DNA of 64,000 bases, from assembly GCA_963792585.1 (NCBI GenBank), contig CAWBWI010000006.1, forward strand, positions 768,001 to 832,000, written 5' to 3'. Source of the DNA: Candidatus Eiseniibacteriota bacterium (GTDB taxonomy: Bacteria > Eisenbacteria > RBG-16-71-46 > CAIMUX01 > VGJL01). Positions 1 to 11,317 of this stretch are shown here, one piece after another (within the stretch, counting starts at the first letter, position 1; the number at the start of each line of letters is the position of its first letter). The notes under the pieces were generated by a model that ran no database searches, was not told where the DNA came from, and saw only the letters and a program-made list of their open reading frames with translations. Both the position numbers and the translations under genes were made by a program.

Positions 1-215
1 GAGGTGAGCGCAACTCGGGCGTTCCGCTCCTGAACGGAGCCGACGGACAACACAGCGATCGCGGTGATGCCGACGGCGCTCGAAGTCGCGATCAGGCGAA
101 TGCCGAAGATCCGCTTTCTCTTCGGCGGATGCGACCCGGCCGACGTACGGCCGGTCTTGCGGCCGCTTCGACGCGCGCCGCGCTCGTCGTTCAAGTCGGA
201 GTCCGTTCGTTCCAT
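1..215 (-). CDS. Partial membrane protein, possibly a HAMP-type sensor/signalling enzyme (runs off window)
   Basis: Manual translation from ATG at 215: MERTDSDLNDERGARRSGRKTGRTSAGSHPPKRKRIFGIRLIATSSAVGITAIAVLSVGSVQERNARVALT... (basic stretch then hydrophobic helix); starts 11 bp after the PorV-TPR stop. Confidence 0.55.
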   Translation of the reverse strand, partial: MERTDSDLNDERGARRSGRKTGRTSAGSHPPKRKRIFGIRLIATSSAVGITAIAVLSVGSVQERNARVALT

Positions 216-226
216 GTTTGCGCCCA

Positions 227-2290
227 TCAGTTCTTGCCCTCCAGGATTTCCCGGGTTCGGGAGAGCTGCTGCCGCGCTCCGGCGAGATAGCCGATCGCTT
301 TTTCATCGGTCGGATCCAGGCGCAGCGCCTTCTCCCAGTAGGTCACCGCGTCTTCCAGCCTGCCCGCTGCGAAGGAATCCATGCCTCCCATCAGGTACTC
401 GCGCTTCAGGTATTCCCTCACCTGGAGGTATTCCGGATCGATCGAGAAGACCAGCTCCCAATAGCGCAGCGCATCCTGTGTCCGCTCGGCCTTCATCGAC
501 TCGATGCCCCGGCGGTAGAGATCCTCGATCTCGCGCTTCTGCTGTGGTGTGATGGCCGCTTGCCGCGCTGCCGGATTCGATTCTCCAAGGGCCCACTGAT
601 TCAGCACCGGAAGGTGTCCACTCGGACCGGCATCCTTCGGCGCCGACAAGGAGCCGCTCCTGGCGCCTGCCAGGTTGCGCTCCGCGACCTCGAGACCTTT
701 GGCCGAGGGATTCAGCGCTCGCGCCTGGGCAAGCAGGTCGGAGGCCTCGTCGTAACGGCCGCGCTTCGCAAGCCGATCCGCCTGATCCAGTAGCTCGTCG
801 GTGCGCTTCCCGATGGCCTTGCGCGTCCGGTCGAGCATGGCCGCCGCTTCCCGGTCACCGGGCTCCAGCTTCAGGAGCTTCGTCAAGCGATCGCGGGCCG
901 CGGGTAGATCGCCCGCGCTGAATGCATCCAGGGCTCCCGCGAATTCGCGCTTGAGCAGCTCCGAACGCGCCGCCTTTCGATCACTCTCTTTTCGACAACG
1001 CTCGGCCCCCTGAGTGGCCATGCTGTCGTCCGGGCTGAATCCAAGAGCCCGCGTGTACGCGAGGGCGGCCTCTGCAAAGTCGCCCGTCGTCTCCAGCTCC
1101 GCGGCCTTCTTCCTCCAGCAGTCGGTTTCCATTTCCGTGACGTCCGCACGTCCGGGCGTGAGCGCTTCGACGAGGCCGAGTTGTTCGAGGGCATCGTCGT
1201 GACGACCTTCGCGGTGCGCGAGCTCCGCCGCCCCGAACAGCTCCTCCGCCCGCTCGGCCTGACGCTTCTCGTATGCCTGAGCCAGACGCGAGGCCAGAGC
1301 CTGCTCCTCGGCGAGCCGTGAGGCCACGCGCCGCTCCTCGGTCGTCGCCCCCAAACGAAGGGAAACTCCGAGCCGGTGCACCGTCCCCAGGTCGTTGTCG
1401 GCGAAAAGGTAGTCGAGGAGAACGCCGTGCCACTGGATGCCCGCTCCTGCGGTCGGCTGTCCGCCATCGAAACCGCCCCGCAAGGTGACCAACGGATGGA
1501 AACGCAGCTCGAGCCCGGCGTGGGCGCGCGGGGTCATCTCGGCGGTCCGCTCGATCTCGACCGAGGCGAGGAGCGCACCCCCGCTCAGGAACGACCGCCC
1601 ATATGCGGCGCCGAGGCGAACGCTCATCGGATCGGCGACGTTGTCCTTGTCCAGACGGAGGGTCGGCTCGACCACATTGCGGAGTGCGACACCGATTGTC
1701 ATGCCCCTCATCCAATCCTGTTGAACCCCGAGAACCGCATCGGGCCTCAGCAGGAGCCCCACATCCGCACCCATGCCGCTCGCGCTGAAGCCGGCCAGGC
1801 TCTGCTGCCGGAACTTGAAGGCGGCGCCGGCGCTCAAGCCGTCCATGAGTGTGCGGCCGTAGCCGATCGAGATCTCCGTGTCGCTCGACGTCAGATCATC
1901 GTCGTAGACGCTGTTGCGGGCGTCTCGTCCCTCGATCCCGCCGACTCCGAAGGAACGAACCGACGCGGCGGCGGTCCCCAGACGCCAGCTCGGCAGCGCG
2001 AGGGCGAAGTAGCTCTCCGTCATGTCGAGACCGTAGAGCTTGGACCAGCTCGCCTGGAATTCGCGCCGGGGAACGATGCCGAGGCCCCCGGGATTCCAGA
2101 TGGACGCGCTCGCGTCGTCGGCCACGGCCACGAATGCCCCGCCGAGGGCCAGGGCGCGATTGCCGGCGCCGTAGGCGAAGACCGAGCGGGTTCCGCCATC
2201 ATCGGCGGCGTCGACCAGCGAGGCCGAGATCGCGGCGATCGACAATCCCGCGATCAGGACGAGGATCGGTCGGAGACGTGCGCTTCTCAT
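227..2290 (-). CDS. PorV/PorQ (UPF0164)-like outer-membrane beta-barrel fused to coiled-coil and TPR repeats
   Basis: Signal peptide MRSARLRPILVLIAG..; GNRALALGGAFVAVADDASASIWNPGGL is the PorV/FadL-type N-terminal motif; barrel ends HRLGVSLRLG; ~320-aa helical TPR-like C-terminus (YTRALGFSP, YWEKALRLDP). ATGA overlap with upstream stop. Confidence 0.8.
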   Translation of the reverse strand: MRSARLRPILVLIAGLSIAAISASLVDAADDGGTRSVFAYGAGNRALALGGAFVAVADDASASIWNPGGLGIVPRREFQASWSKLYGLDMTESYFALALPSWRLGTAAASVRSFGVGGIEGRDARNSVYDDDLTSSDTEISIGYGRTLMDGLSAGAAFKFRQQSLAGFSASGMGADVGLLLRPDAVLGVQQDWMRGMTIGVALRNVVEPTLRLDKDNVADPMSVRLGAAYGRSFLSGGALLASVEIERTAEMTPRAHAGLELRFHPLVTLRGGFDGGQPTAGAGIQWHGVLLDYLFADNDLGTVHRLGVSLRLGATTEERRVASRLAEEQALASRLAQAYEKRQAERAEELFGAAELAHREGRHDDALEQLGLVEALTPGRADVTEMETDCWRKKAAELETTGDFAEAALAYTRALGFSPDDSMATQGAERCRKESDRKAARSELLKREFAGALDAFSAGDLPAARDRLTKLLKLEPGDREAAAMLDRTRKAIGKRTDELLDQADRLAKRGRYDEASDLLAQARALNPSAKGLEVAERNLAGARSGSLSAPKDAGPSGHLPVLNQWALGESNPAARQAAITPQQKREIEDLYRRGIESMKAERTQDALRYWELVFSIDPEYLQVREYLKREYLMGGMDSFAAGRLEDAVTYWEKALRLDPTDEKAIGYLAGARQQLSRTREILEGKN

Positions 2291-5200
2291 CGCACCACCG
2301 CCACTTTGCGGAGCAATCGTTGCTTCTCTCCGCCATCGGTCTGCACGACGAGCTCCGCTATGTAGACCCCGTTGACCACGACGGAACCTCGGCCGTTCCG
2401 GCCATCCCACCGCGAGGACTGATGCAACCCGGCCGGCTGGCGCTCTGCCTCCAGCAAGGTGGTCACCGCCTCGCCCCGCGACGACCAGATCCGGAGGGTC
2501 ACGAGCGCATCGGAGGGGAGGTAGTAGACGAAGGATGTCTCCTCACGCCCGGCGCCGAACGGATTCGGGAAGTTCCCGTAGCTCTCCTCCAGCGACCGGC
2601 TACTGAAAGATCCGTAGTCGGTCCAGAGGGGGAACACCTGGCCGCTGGCCGCCCTCGCCTCGATCGCGAGCAGGGCTCCCTCGGGCTGCACGATTCCGAT
2701 GTCCGCCTTCTCCCATCCCAACCGGAGCTGCGGGAATGACACGTCCTCCCGCGGCCGGATGCGGACCTCGATCGTGGCGTGCCCTCCCGGCTCCAGGACG
2801 AGAGGGCTGCTGAACACGAGCATCGACGTCGTCGAATCCGAACTGAGCTCCGCGCTCTCGGCGCGCAGCGACCCGCCCTCGTAGGCCTCGACCCGTCCTG
2901 CAGCGGCTCCCAGCGAGACCGCTGCTCCCACACCGTCGGCCGCACGGACCCGGAGGTGATCGACCCGTATCGATCCGGAACCCGGAGGCGCCGGATTGCT
3001 GAGGGTGAGCGCGGCGGCGGCGCATTCACGGCCGTCAGCGGCGATCGCCGCGGGCATCTTGCTTTCCAGCGCGATCACGAGTTCCCGCGCGGGGGGCCTG
3101 AGCCGCGTGACCCCGGAAAGGAGGGGAAGCTCCACGCCCGCATCGGGCTCGATGGCGAGCGGGGCGCCGCTGTTCGCATCGACGGCCTGTACGTTCGACC
3201 CGGAGATGGCGATCTCGAAGTACGCCGCCGGAGCGGCCGCGCGAACGCTGACGACCAATCGAAACGTCGCGATCTCCTCCGGATCCAGGATGATCCCATC
3301 GATGGGAAGCTCCACGGAGTGACGGGAGGAGTTCATGTCGGTCACCGAGGTGATCTCCCGGTCGTCCACGAAGAACCCGATCTTCAAGAGGTAGATCGAT
3401 GGATCCAGGATCGCCCGCTCCTCATTGCGGCACTCGACCGTCAGGGCGCTCGGCCGAATCCGGGAGGTTCCGGGGGTCCCCGGGTGGCGGAACGCGCCGG
3501 TCATCGCCGTGACATCACGTTCTCCGACGGTGACGACCGTGGGGAAGGCCGGGGCGGAGCGCACGACCAGGGTCGTCGCCGGCCTCTCGATGATGACCGC
3601 ACTCCCATCGAAGGGGCTGGAGAGGTACCGGGGCGGGACCGGGTTGTTCGTGTTGGCGTCCCTGATGTCGAAGGACGACTCCCCGCGCAAACGAATCCGG
3701 AAGGCGCCATGAAGGACCCCTTCCGCGATGTCTCCCGCGATCGTCAGGGTGATCGGCGTGTTGACCGGGAGGGTGAGGGGGTTGACGAACTGCAGGGCGA
3801 GCGAGTCCCCCGCGCCCGCGCCGATCGGTCGATCGATGAGGGTCTGCAGAAGTGTCCGGACACGGATCGCCCGGATCAAACTACCCGGATCCTGAAGCGG
3901 GGTCCCATCCGGGTCCACGACCTCGATCGCGAAGCCGCCGACGCGAACCTCGGACGAGATCCCACCGATGCCGATGTTCTCGAGGGTGAGGGCCAGGAGG
4001 GTCACATCCGGTTGCCCCGGCCCGACCCGCGTCGTATCGGCATCCTGCCTGGAAACCTCTACCTGGGTCGCCTCGGCGACGAGACGGGCGAGCCCCGAGC
4101 GGATCGGATAGGTGCGCTCTTTGAGGTCGAGGGTCACCGGCGCGCGGTTGGTGACATCCTCGGCCCGGAACCAGCTGCCGTCCAGGATCGTCGCCCGGAA
4201 GGTCGCCGCGGTCGCATCGGGCGAGACATCGAGCTCGAGGTTCAGTGTTGCCGGCTCGAAGGGGGTGATCACCACGGGGGTCGCGAGCGTCAGGTCGATC
4301 TCCGCGCCGGAGGTCTCGAGGCTGGACGGTCCCTTGTCGAGGAAGATGCGATTTCCTTCGCGGACCGCGATTCGGGTCAGCATCTCGGCGGGGACGATCC
4401 CCCGGCCCAGCTCATCCTCCAAGCGAATCCGCAGACCGGTCAGCTTGACGCTCGAGCCTTGCTCACCGCCGGGATTTCGGCAGGTGAGGCTGAGCGGAAC
4501 GATGCCCGTTTGCCCGCGGTTGACCGAGAATGGCGGGGTCGAGACGGCGAATAGTTCCAGTTCCTCTGCCTGCGTATAGACGTAGTGGGTTCCGCTGGAC
4601 GATTCCATGGACCGCCGCGGCAGCTCGGTCGTCTCTCCCGTTCCCTCCGCATAGCCTGTGAGACGGGCTTCGCCGGCCGTACGGGCCGTGCAGCTCCACT
4701 CGAATTGACCGGTCTCCCCCGGCGCGAGCGTCAGCGCCGATGGGCTCGGACCTTCGATGATGTCCACGGAGATTGGTCCGGGCGTCTCTACGAGGATTGG
4801 AGCGATCCCCACGATGGTTTCATCGCCCACGTTTTGAACGACCATTCGGGCTTCGAAGACCCCGCCCGCCGTGGAGGCGGCGGGATTCGTCGTCAGGGTC
4901 GTCAGCAGGGGCGCCGAACTCAGGAGAATCACTTCGGGATTCTCGAGGGGCATATCGATGGGACCATCGTTGGTCGACTGCACCGTGAGACCGTTCAGAG
5001 GTATGGCGAGCTGGATCGTGGCGTGCTGGGAGATGACATCCGCGGCCCGCACGGAGACGAAGAAACGCGCGCCGTTGAGGGGAAGGCGTTCCTGCAGCGG
5101 TCCGCTCGTCCACCCATCACCGCCCCACGTCAAGGTGCCCAGGAAGAGGTCGCTTCCGTCCATCGGGGAATAGACGCCGTCTCCCCCATCCCGCCAGAGG

Positions 5201-8200
5201 GCCACCTCTGCGATTTGGGTGGGTCCCGCCGTCCCCGTATTGTACAAACGGATGGAGTTGAGGAAGTCTTCCAGATAGCCGTTCGACGGGAGGGAGAAGT
5301 CCATTGCGACAACCGGTCCCTGGCCGGGACCCAGGGTCGCAACGCCGCTGCCGAAGTTGACGATCTGCCGCGTCACCATCCCGTCCACGATCCAACGCGC
5401 CCCGGAATCGATCGGCCACTCCGCCACGGCCCCGATCGGTTCCGCGAAGTCCAGGGCGAGCGGCTCGGCAATGGTCGCCGCGAGCGCGTCTCCGTCGGCG
5501 GCGTCCCTGGTGGACACGTCCGCGGTGAGGAAGAGGTGGCGGGACGCATGGGCCGCGATCGCGATCGCGAAACCGCGCATCACGGCCTTTCCACTCGGAA
5601 AACGCGACCGATGCGAGCCCGGGACCGTCGCCCTCGCTGTTGAAGACGCCGTCCTCCCCGTTGTCCAGGTGCAACGTCACCACGTCGCAGTCCGAGTCGA
5701 GATCGCTTCGCGAACCCGCTCCGATCCCGGAGTTGGTGAAGGTGACGCCGGTCAGCGTTTGCGGCGCGTCGTATGTGTTGGTCACGACCATGTGCAGCAG
5801 CAGAACGCCCCGGTCGCCCGGATGCACGACCCCGGGATCGATCGTTTCGGCCACGACGGTGAGTCGATTGGTCCCGGAGATGACGTGCGAGGTGGGGTCC
5901 TCGACGGCGCGATCGATGGGGCCGTCGTCGCCGGTGGCCATCCCTACGGCGACATCGGGCTCCGAAGGAAGACAGAAGCGGATCGAGCGACCTTCCCGGG
6001 CGAAACCGCTGACGTCGACGCTGGCGAAAACACGGAGTCCGGACATCGGAACCTGCTCGGAAAGCGCAGTGATCTCCCAGCGTGCCCCGGTGTTGACCAT
6101 CGATCCCAGCGCCCGGTCCTGGTAGCTCTCGAATGCCCCGTCTCCGTCGTCGACCCATATCTCGACCTTCGAGATGTCGGAACCAGGGGTGGCCGTGCCG
6201 AGGTTGACGAGATCCAGTCGGGTCAGCAGGTCCTCCTCGTAACCGTTCGGTGGGAGGGTCACGTCGAGAACGAGGTTTCGCGTCGATCCGGCGGTGAAGC
6301 TGCTCGACGGGGTCGGGTGCATCGTGATCTGGTCGGCGGCCATGCCGTCGACGACGTACGAGCCGACGGGATCGAGTGGCCATTCGGCGGACACCGATAC
6401 CGCGCGGCTGAATCCAAGGTCCTCGGCGCCGACCAGGCGAAGGTCGAACTCGTCTCCGTCGCGCGCCTCGAGCGAAGGGGCGGCCTGCAACAGAATCGAG
6501 AGCGTCTGCCTCGGCTCGATGGCCACGTTCAGGCTTCCGAACACGGCCTTTCCGTTTGCGAAGGATGCGGCGCCCAAGGGCGCGGATACGGAGTCCCGGC
6601 CCGAATTGTCGCCGCCCGCGATCATGACGTCGATTGCGCCCCAATCCTGGTCCAGCTGCGCGCGCGTCCCCGGGCCCACGGTCGTGTTCTCGAATGTCAG
6701 ACTTCTCAAGGTCTCCGGCCGTGCCGTGAAGTTGATGAGTTGGAGTCGGATGATTTCCTGGGGGGCGCCTCCGGGCAACAGCGACCGACGGATCGGCTGT
6801 TCTGCCGCGACGGTGATGACGTTGTCGCTCCCCTCGCGGATGATCAAGGAGTTGGGATTCGCGACCGCCGCGTCGACGGGACCGCCGGCCCCGCTCGCCA
6901 TCTCCAGACCGTCGTTGGGCGGCTGGGGCAGGACGAGACGGATGGTGCGGTCCGGAGCGGCGTCCGGCTGGATGTCCACGGATGCGTAGAGGCGCAGCCC
7001 CCCGATCGGGACTCCGATCGACAATCCGGCCAGGACCCATGCAGACCCGTTCCAGCTTGCGCTTCCAAGGAGGAGATCGTCCGCGCCCCCCTCGTCGAAG
7101 ATCCCGTTTCCGCCGTCCGTCCAAATCTTCATGGCCCCGATGTCGCCGTGAGGCTGCGCATCTCCCAGGTTCTGCAGCCGGATCGTGTCCAGGATGTCGG
7201 CTTCGTAACCGTTGCAGGGTGCGACGAAGTTCAACGCGAGGCGGTCGGCCTCACCGGTAAAGACCGTCGTCCCGGGAACGGGGGTGGACGCGATCTGGGC
7301 AGCGGATAATCCGCGCACGGGGAACGAGCCCGCGGGATCCAGAGGCCAGCTCGCATGCAGATTCACGGGACTGGAGAAGGAGAAGCTCTCCGCGCCTGTG
7401 ATCCGGACGTCCAGGAGATCCCCGTCCTTGCATTGATCGACGCGCTTCCGGAGATAGAGAGCACCAGGGTCGTCCCCGGATCGAGCCCAACCGCGAGGTG
7501 GGTGAAGGTGGCGATCCCGTTGCGGACCGTTGCGCGACCGAGAACCGTGTCGTCGCCGTCGCCCCCGCCCAACCCCAAGGAAAGCGAAGTCCAGTCGGCA
7601 TCGAGTTGGGCCGCGGTCCCGGTTCCCGTCGTCTTGTTCGCCACGGTCAGCCCGTTCAACGAGGTTGCGACGTCCGATGTGTTTTCCAGGGTCAAGTGAA
7701 GGATCTCGATCCCGGCGGATCCGGGGAGAAGGGTCTCTCCGGTCTGCGCCTGGCTCGTGACCCGGATCCCGGGCAGCGCCTCCTGAACCTGGATCTGGGC
7801 GGAGGCGAGGTTATTGCCGCTCGCCGGATCTCCCGGGCTTGCGTCCGTGATCGCCGCCATGTTGATGATCGTGGAGCCAGCCTCGCCGGCATCCACGGAT
7901 GCGTTGATGACGAGCGTCGCCGATGCCAGCCTCGCCAGGCTTCCCACGGTCCACTGGCCCGTGCCCATCGCGTAACCGCCCTGGCTCGGAGAACTCGACT
8001 GGTAGGTCACGCCCTGCGGAAGCAGGTCGGTAACGACCACGCCCGTGGCGACGTCGGGGCCCTGATTGACAAGGGTCAGGGTGTAGCGGACCGGATCTCC
8101 CGCCGTCGGTGTCGCGTTGTCGACGACCATTACGAGGGCGAGATCGGCGCCCGTAACGGTGAATGCGACCGATGCGGAATTGTTGCCCGTGTTCGGGTCA

Positions 8201-10998
8201 CCCTGATCCGCTTCCGTGATGCTCGCGGTATCGGTGATCGTTTGTCCGACGCCGCCCGCGTTGACCGTCGCGGTGAGGGTGAGGGTCGCACCGGATCCTT
8301 GTCCGAGGCTTCCTACGGTCCAGCGGCCGGTGCCGGATGCGTAGCTTCCCTGCGTCGCGCTATTCGAGACATAGGTCAAGCCGGAGGGAATCTGGTCCCT
8401 GACCACCACGCCCGTCGCTGCGTACGGTCCCAGGTTGGTCAGCGTGACGGTGTAGTGGACCGTCTCGCCGATGGTGGCGGTCGGACGATCCACCGACAGC
8501 GTGAGGCCCAGGTCCGCGCCTTGTACGTTGATCGTGGTGGAGGCGCTGTTGTTCCCGGATACCGGGTCGCCGAGATTCGAAGCGGAAATTCGCGCCGTGT
8601 TGACGATCGCGGAGCCGGAGGTTCCTGCATTGACGGATGCGACGAGGGAGAGGGTGGCAGTCGTCCCGACCGACAGATCGCCGACCGACCAGAGTCCGCT
8701 CCCCACGATGTAGGTGCCCTGACTGGGGGCGTTCGAGACATGCGTCAGACCGGTCGGGAGGAGGTCGGTGAGCGCGACGCCGGTGGTCGCGTTGGGGCCG
8801 CTGTTTCGCACCGTGACGGTGTAGGTCACTCGATCGCCTTCGTCCGGCGACGGATTGTCCACGGTCATCCCCACGGCCAGATCGGCCCCCGTCACATCGA
8901 TGCTGGCGGACGCCGTGTTGTTGCCCGAGATCGGATCTTCCTGGTTTGCCGCAGTGATGGTGGCGACGTTCGTGATCCTCGTTCCGCTCACGTCGGAGGC
9001 CACGATCGCCGTGATCGTGAGCGTGGCCGTAGAGCCGGCATTCAGGTCCCCGACGGTCCAGAGGCCGGTGCCGGAAACGTATTCTCCTTTGCTCGGATTC
9101 GCGGACGTGAAGCTGACGCCGGCCGGCAGGAGATCGGTAACCGCAACCCCCGAGGAGTTGTTGGGCCCGCTGTTGGCCAGCGTGACGGTGTAATGGATCG
9201 TCTCTCCGGTGCTCGGCGTGGGGTGGTCGACCGTCTTCAGGAGGCCTAAGTCCGCGCTCTGGACGACGATCGATGCGGACGCTGTGTTGTTTCCCGGGAC
9301 AGGATCGACGGGCTCCACCGCACCGATGGCGGCGGTGTTAGTAACCGTGCTCCCACCCGTGCCGACGTTGACGCTGGCGGTCAGGATCAAGGTCTCGCTC
9401 GACGTCTTGTTCAATGCGCCGATGGTCCAGACGCCTGTGTCGGGAGCATAGGCGCCGTGGCTTGGATTGCTCGAGACGAAGGTCAGACCGACGGGAAGGA
9501 GATCCGTGACCGTCACGCCCGTGGCAGCCTCGGGTCCGTTGTTGGACGCGGTGAGGGTGTACTGGATCGTGTCCCCAACGTTCGGGGTCGGCCGATCGAC
9601 CGACATGGTGATGCCCAGATCGGCGCTCCGGACGACGAGGGCTGCGGAGGCGCTGTTGTTGGCCGAGTTCGAGTCAGTCTGGTCCGCAGCGGAGACGGCG
9701 GCGGTGTTGGTGATCGTCTGTCCGCCGGTACCGGCGTTGACCGATGCCTGGATGGTCAAGATCGCGCTTGCGCCTGCGTTGAGGCTCCCGACGCTCCAGA
9801 TGCCGGTCGCGTTGGAATAGGACCCCTGGCCTGCGTTGTTCGAGACGTATGTCACTCCGACGGGGAGAGCGTCGGTGAGCGCGATTCCGGTTCCGCCGTC
9901 GGGGCCGTTGTTCAAGACCGTGATGGTGTACTCGACCGTGTCCCCGACGTTCGGATCGGATGGATCGACCGACATGGTCACCGCGAGGTCCGCGGTGGGC
10001 GGACGCGTCTCGAGGAACGCTACATAATAGTAGGACTCGGACCAGTTGTTGACGCTCGAACTCGACCCGAGCTGGAATCCGTTCGGGAGGAACTGCTGGA
10101 TGGCGTTGCTGAACCCGGTGCCGTGGTCGAGGTAGAGACTGAAGTCGCCCACCATGGCGGCCGAACGGCACACCGGCGCGCTCGTGCTCCAGGCGCCCTT
10201 CGTGATGAAGAACGAAGACTGGAACCCGACGACGGTGATGTCGCGGTTGTCGGCGGCGTTCCCGGGATAGTAGCCCGAGTGCGTGACCCCGGCCTGCTCC
10301 GCCCAGGCGACGTAGTGGAACGCCCTGCCCGATTCGTTGACGGAGTTGTCGGATCCGATCACGAATCCATCCGAGACGAAGGAACGAATCCGGTTGGACA
10401 CCTCCGCCGACGAGTCGAAGCGGAGGCTGGCGTTGCTTGCCTGGTTGCTGAAGCGCTGCCCGGCGTGTTGGGACCTATCCGGCAGGATGATCATGTAGGC
10501 CGGCTGGAGGCCCAGACCGGTGATGGTCCGGTTGCTGGATCCGTTGCCGGTATAGGATCCCACGACCATCTGACCCGATGAGGAGCGAAACGCCGTCCAG
10601 TAGTACGTGACGCCGGACGCGTTCACGTCGCTGTCATCACCGACGCTGAAACCGTCCGCATCCAGGGAGCGGATCCGTTTGTTCGAGAGTCCCGTGGCCG
10701 AGCCGAGCGGCTTCGTTGCGTCTCCGACCATGGTCGAGGTTCGCGCGACGCCCTGATCGCTCACGTTGCCCTTGATGATGACGAAGTCGGGTTGGAAGCC
10801 GAGGCCTGTGATGCTTCGAGAACTCATCCCGTCGCCGACGTAGCTGCCCGTCTTCATGACGTAGGCGGCTTGCGGATCGGCCGCAGACCGCCCTGCGCCG
10901 ACGAACAAGGCAGCGACGACCATGAGCAGGGCGACGGCGCAAGAGACGCGCCGCCCCGCTCCGACTGTTGCGCCGATGCGAGGTCGGATCTTCCTCAT
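2287..10998 (-). CDS. Giant (~2,900 aa) secreted surface protein: 3 N-terminal G-S-Y-x-G-N/D-G repeats, 6 DUF11 domains, 3 paired repeat modules, C-terminal FlgD-Ig/T9SS-like sorting domain; two frameshifts
   Basis: Joins ORFs 7363..10998, 5117..7366 and 2287..5583. Adding one G near 7426 restores ARDGDLLDVRITGAESFSFSSPVNLHASWPLDP (matches internal repeat ARDGDEFDLRLVGAEDLGFSRAVSVSAEWPLDP); removing one base near 5598 restores F.SGKAV (cf. FANGKAV). C-terminus GNFPNPF...YYLP...WDGRNGRGSVVVNGVYIAEL. Confidence 0.85.
7790..10000 (-). repeat. Six tandem DUF11 (~125 aa) Ig-like repeats
   Basis: Repeat starts ADLAVTMSVD, ADLGITMSVD, ADLGLLKTVD, ADLAVGMTVD, ADLGLTLSVD, ADLALVMVVD, each with YT.T..N.GP, D.LP.G, W.VG.L and D....NN.AS motifs. 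Confidence 0.9.
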
Positions 10999-11317
10999 CA
11001 GCTTTGAATTCGACAGCCGGTGGCGGGAACCTGAGCCGATTGCGGCTCCTTCGTGGGCGGTTGAGGCGGTGCTGCTTTTCCGGACCCGGGGACGAGTTCA
11101 GTTCAACTGCTTGTCGTGAAATGAGTTACTGGGCGTGCGCGCTCTCTGGGAGCGGGTTCGCTGGGCGAACTTCCTCGGAGGCGGCCCTAATGATTGTGCC
11201 GATCGTTCGCGTTCCGACCCGGTCCACGCCGGCAGCCATGGAGCCAGCAATGCAATTCGCCGAGGCGATCCACAGCTACCGGCACGGATGATCGGACGGG
11301 ACCTTGCGCTGCGAGCG

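Noticed and set aside
5590..7430. Programmed frameshifting or phase variation in the giant protein
   Set aside because: No long slippery tract; similar single-base indels hit housekeeping genes, pointing to sequencing error.
7790..10000. Diversity-generating retroelement TR/VR pair
   Set aside because: The repeats are diverged in-frame protein domains, differences are not adenine-specific, and there is no reverse transcriptase.
11000..11317. Riboswitch or sigma54 promoter upstream of the giant gene
   Set aside because: Only short hairpins, no recognisable aptamer consensus, and GG-N10-GC spacing is not met.
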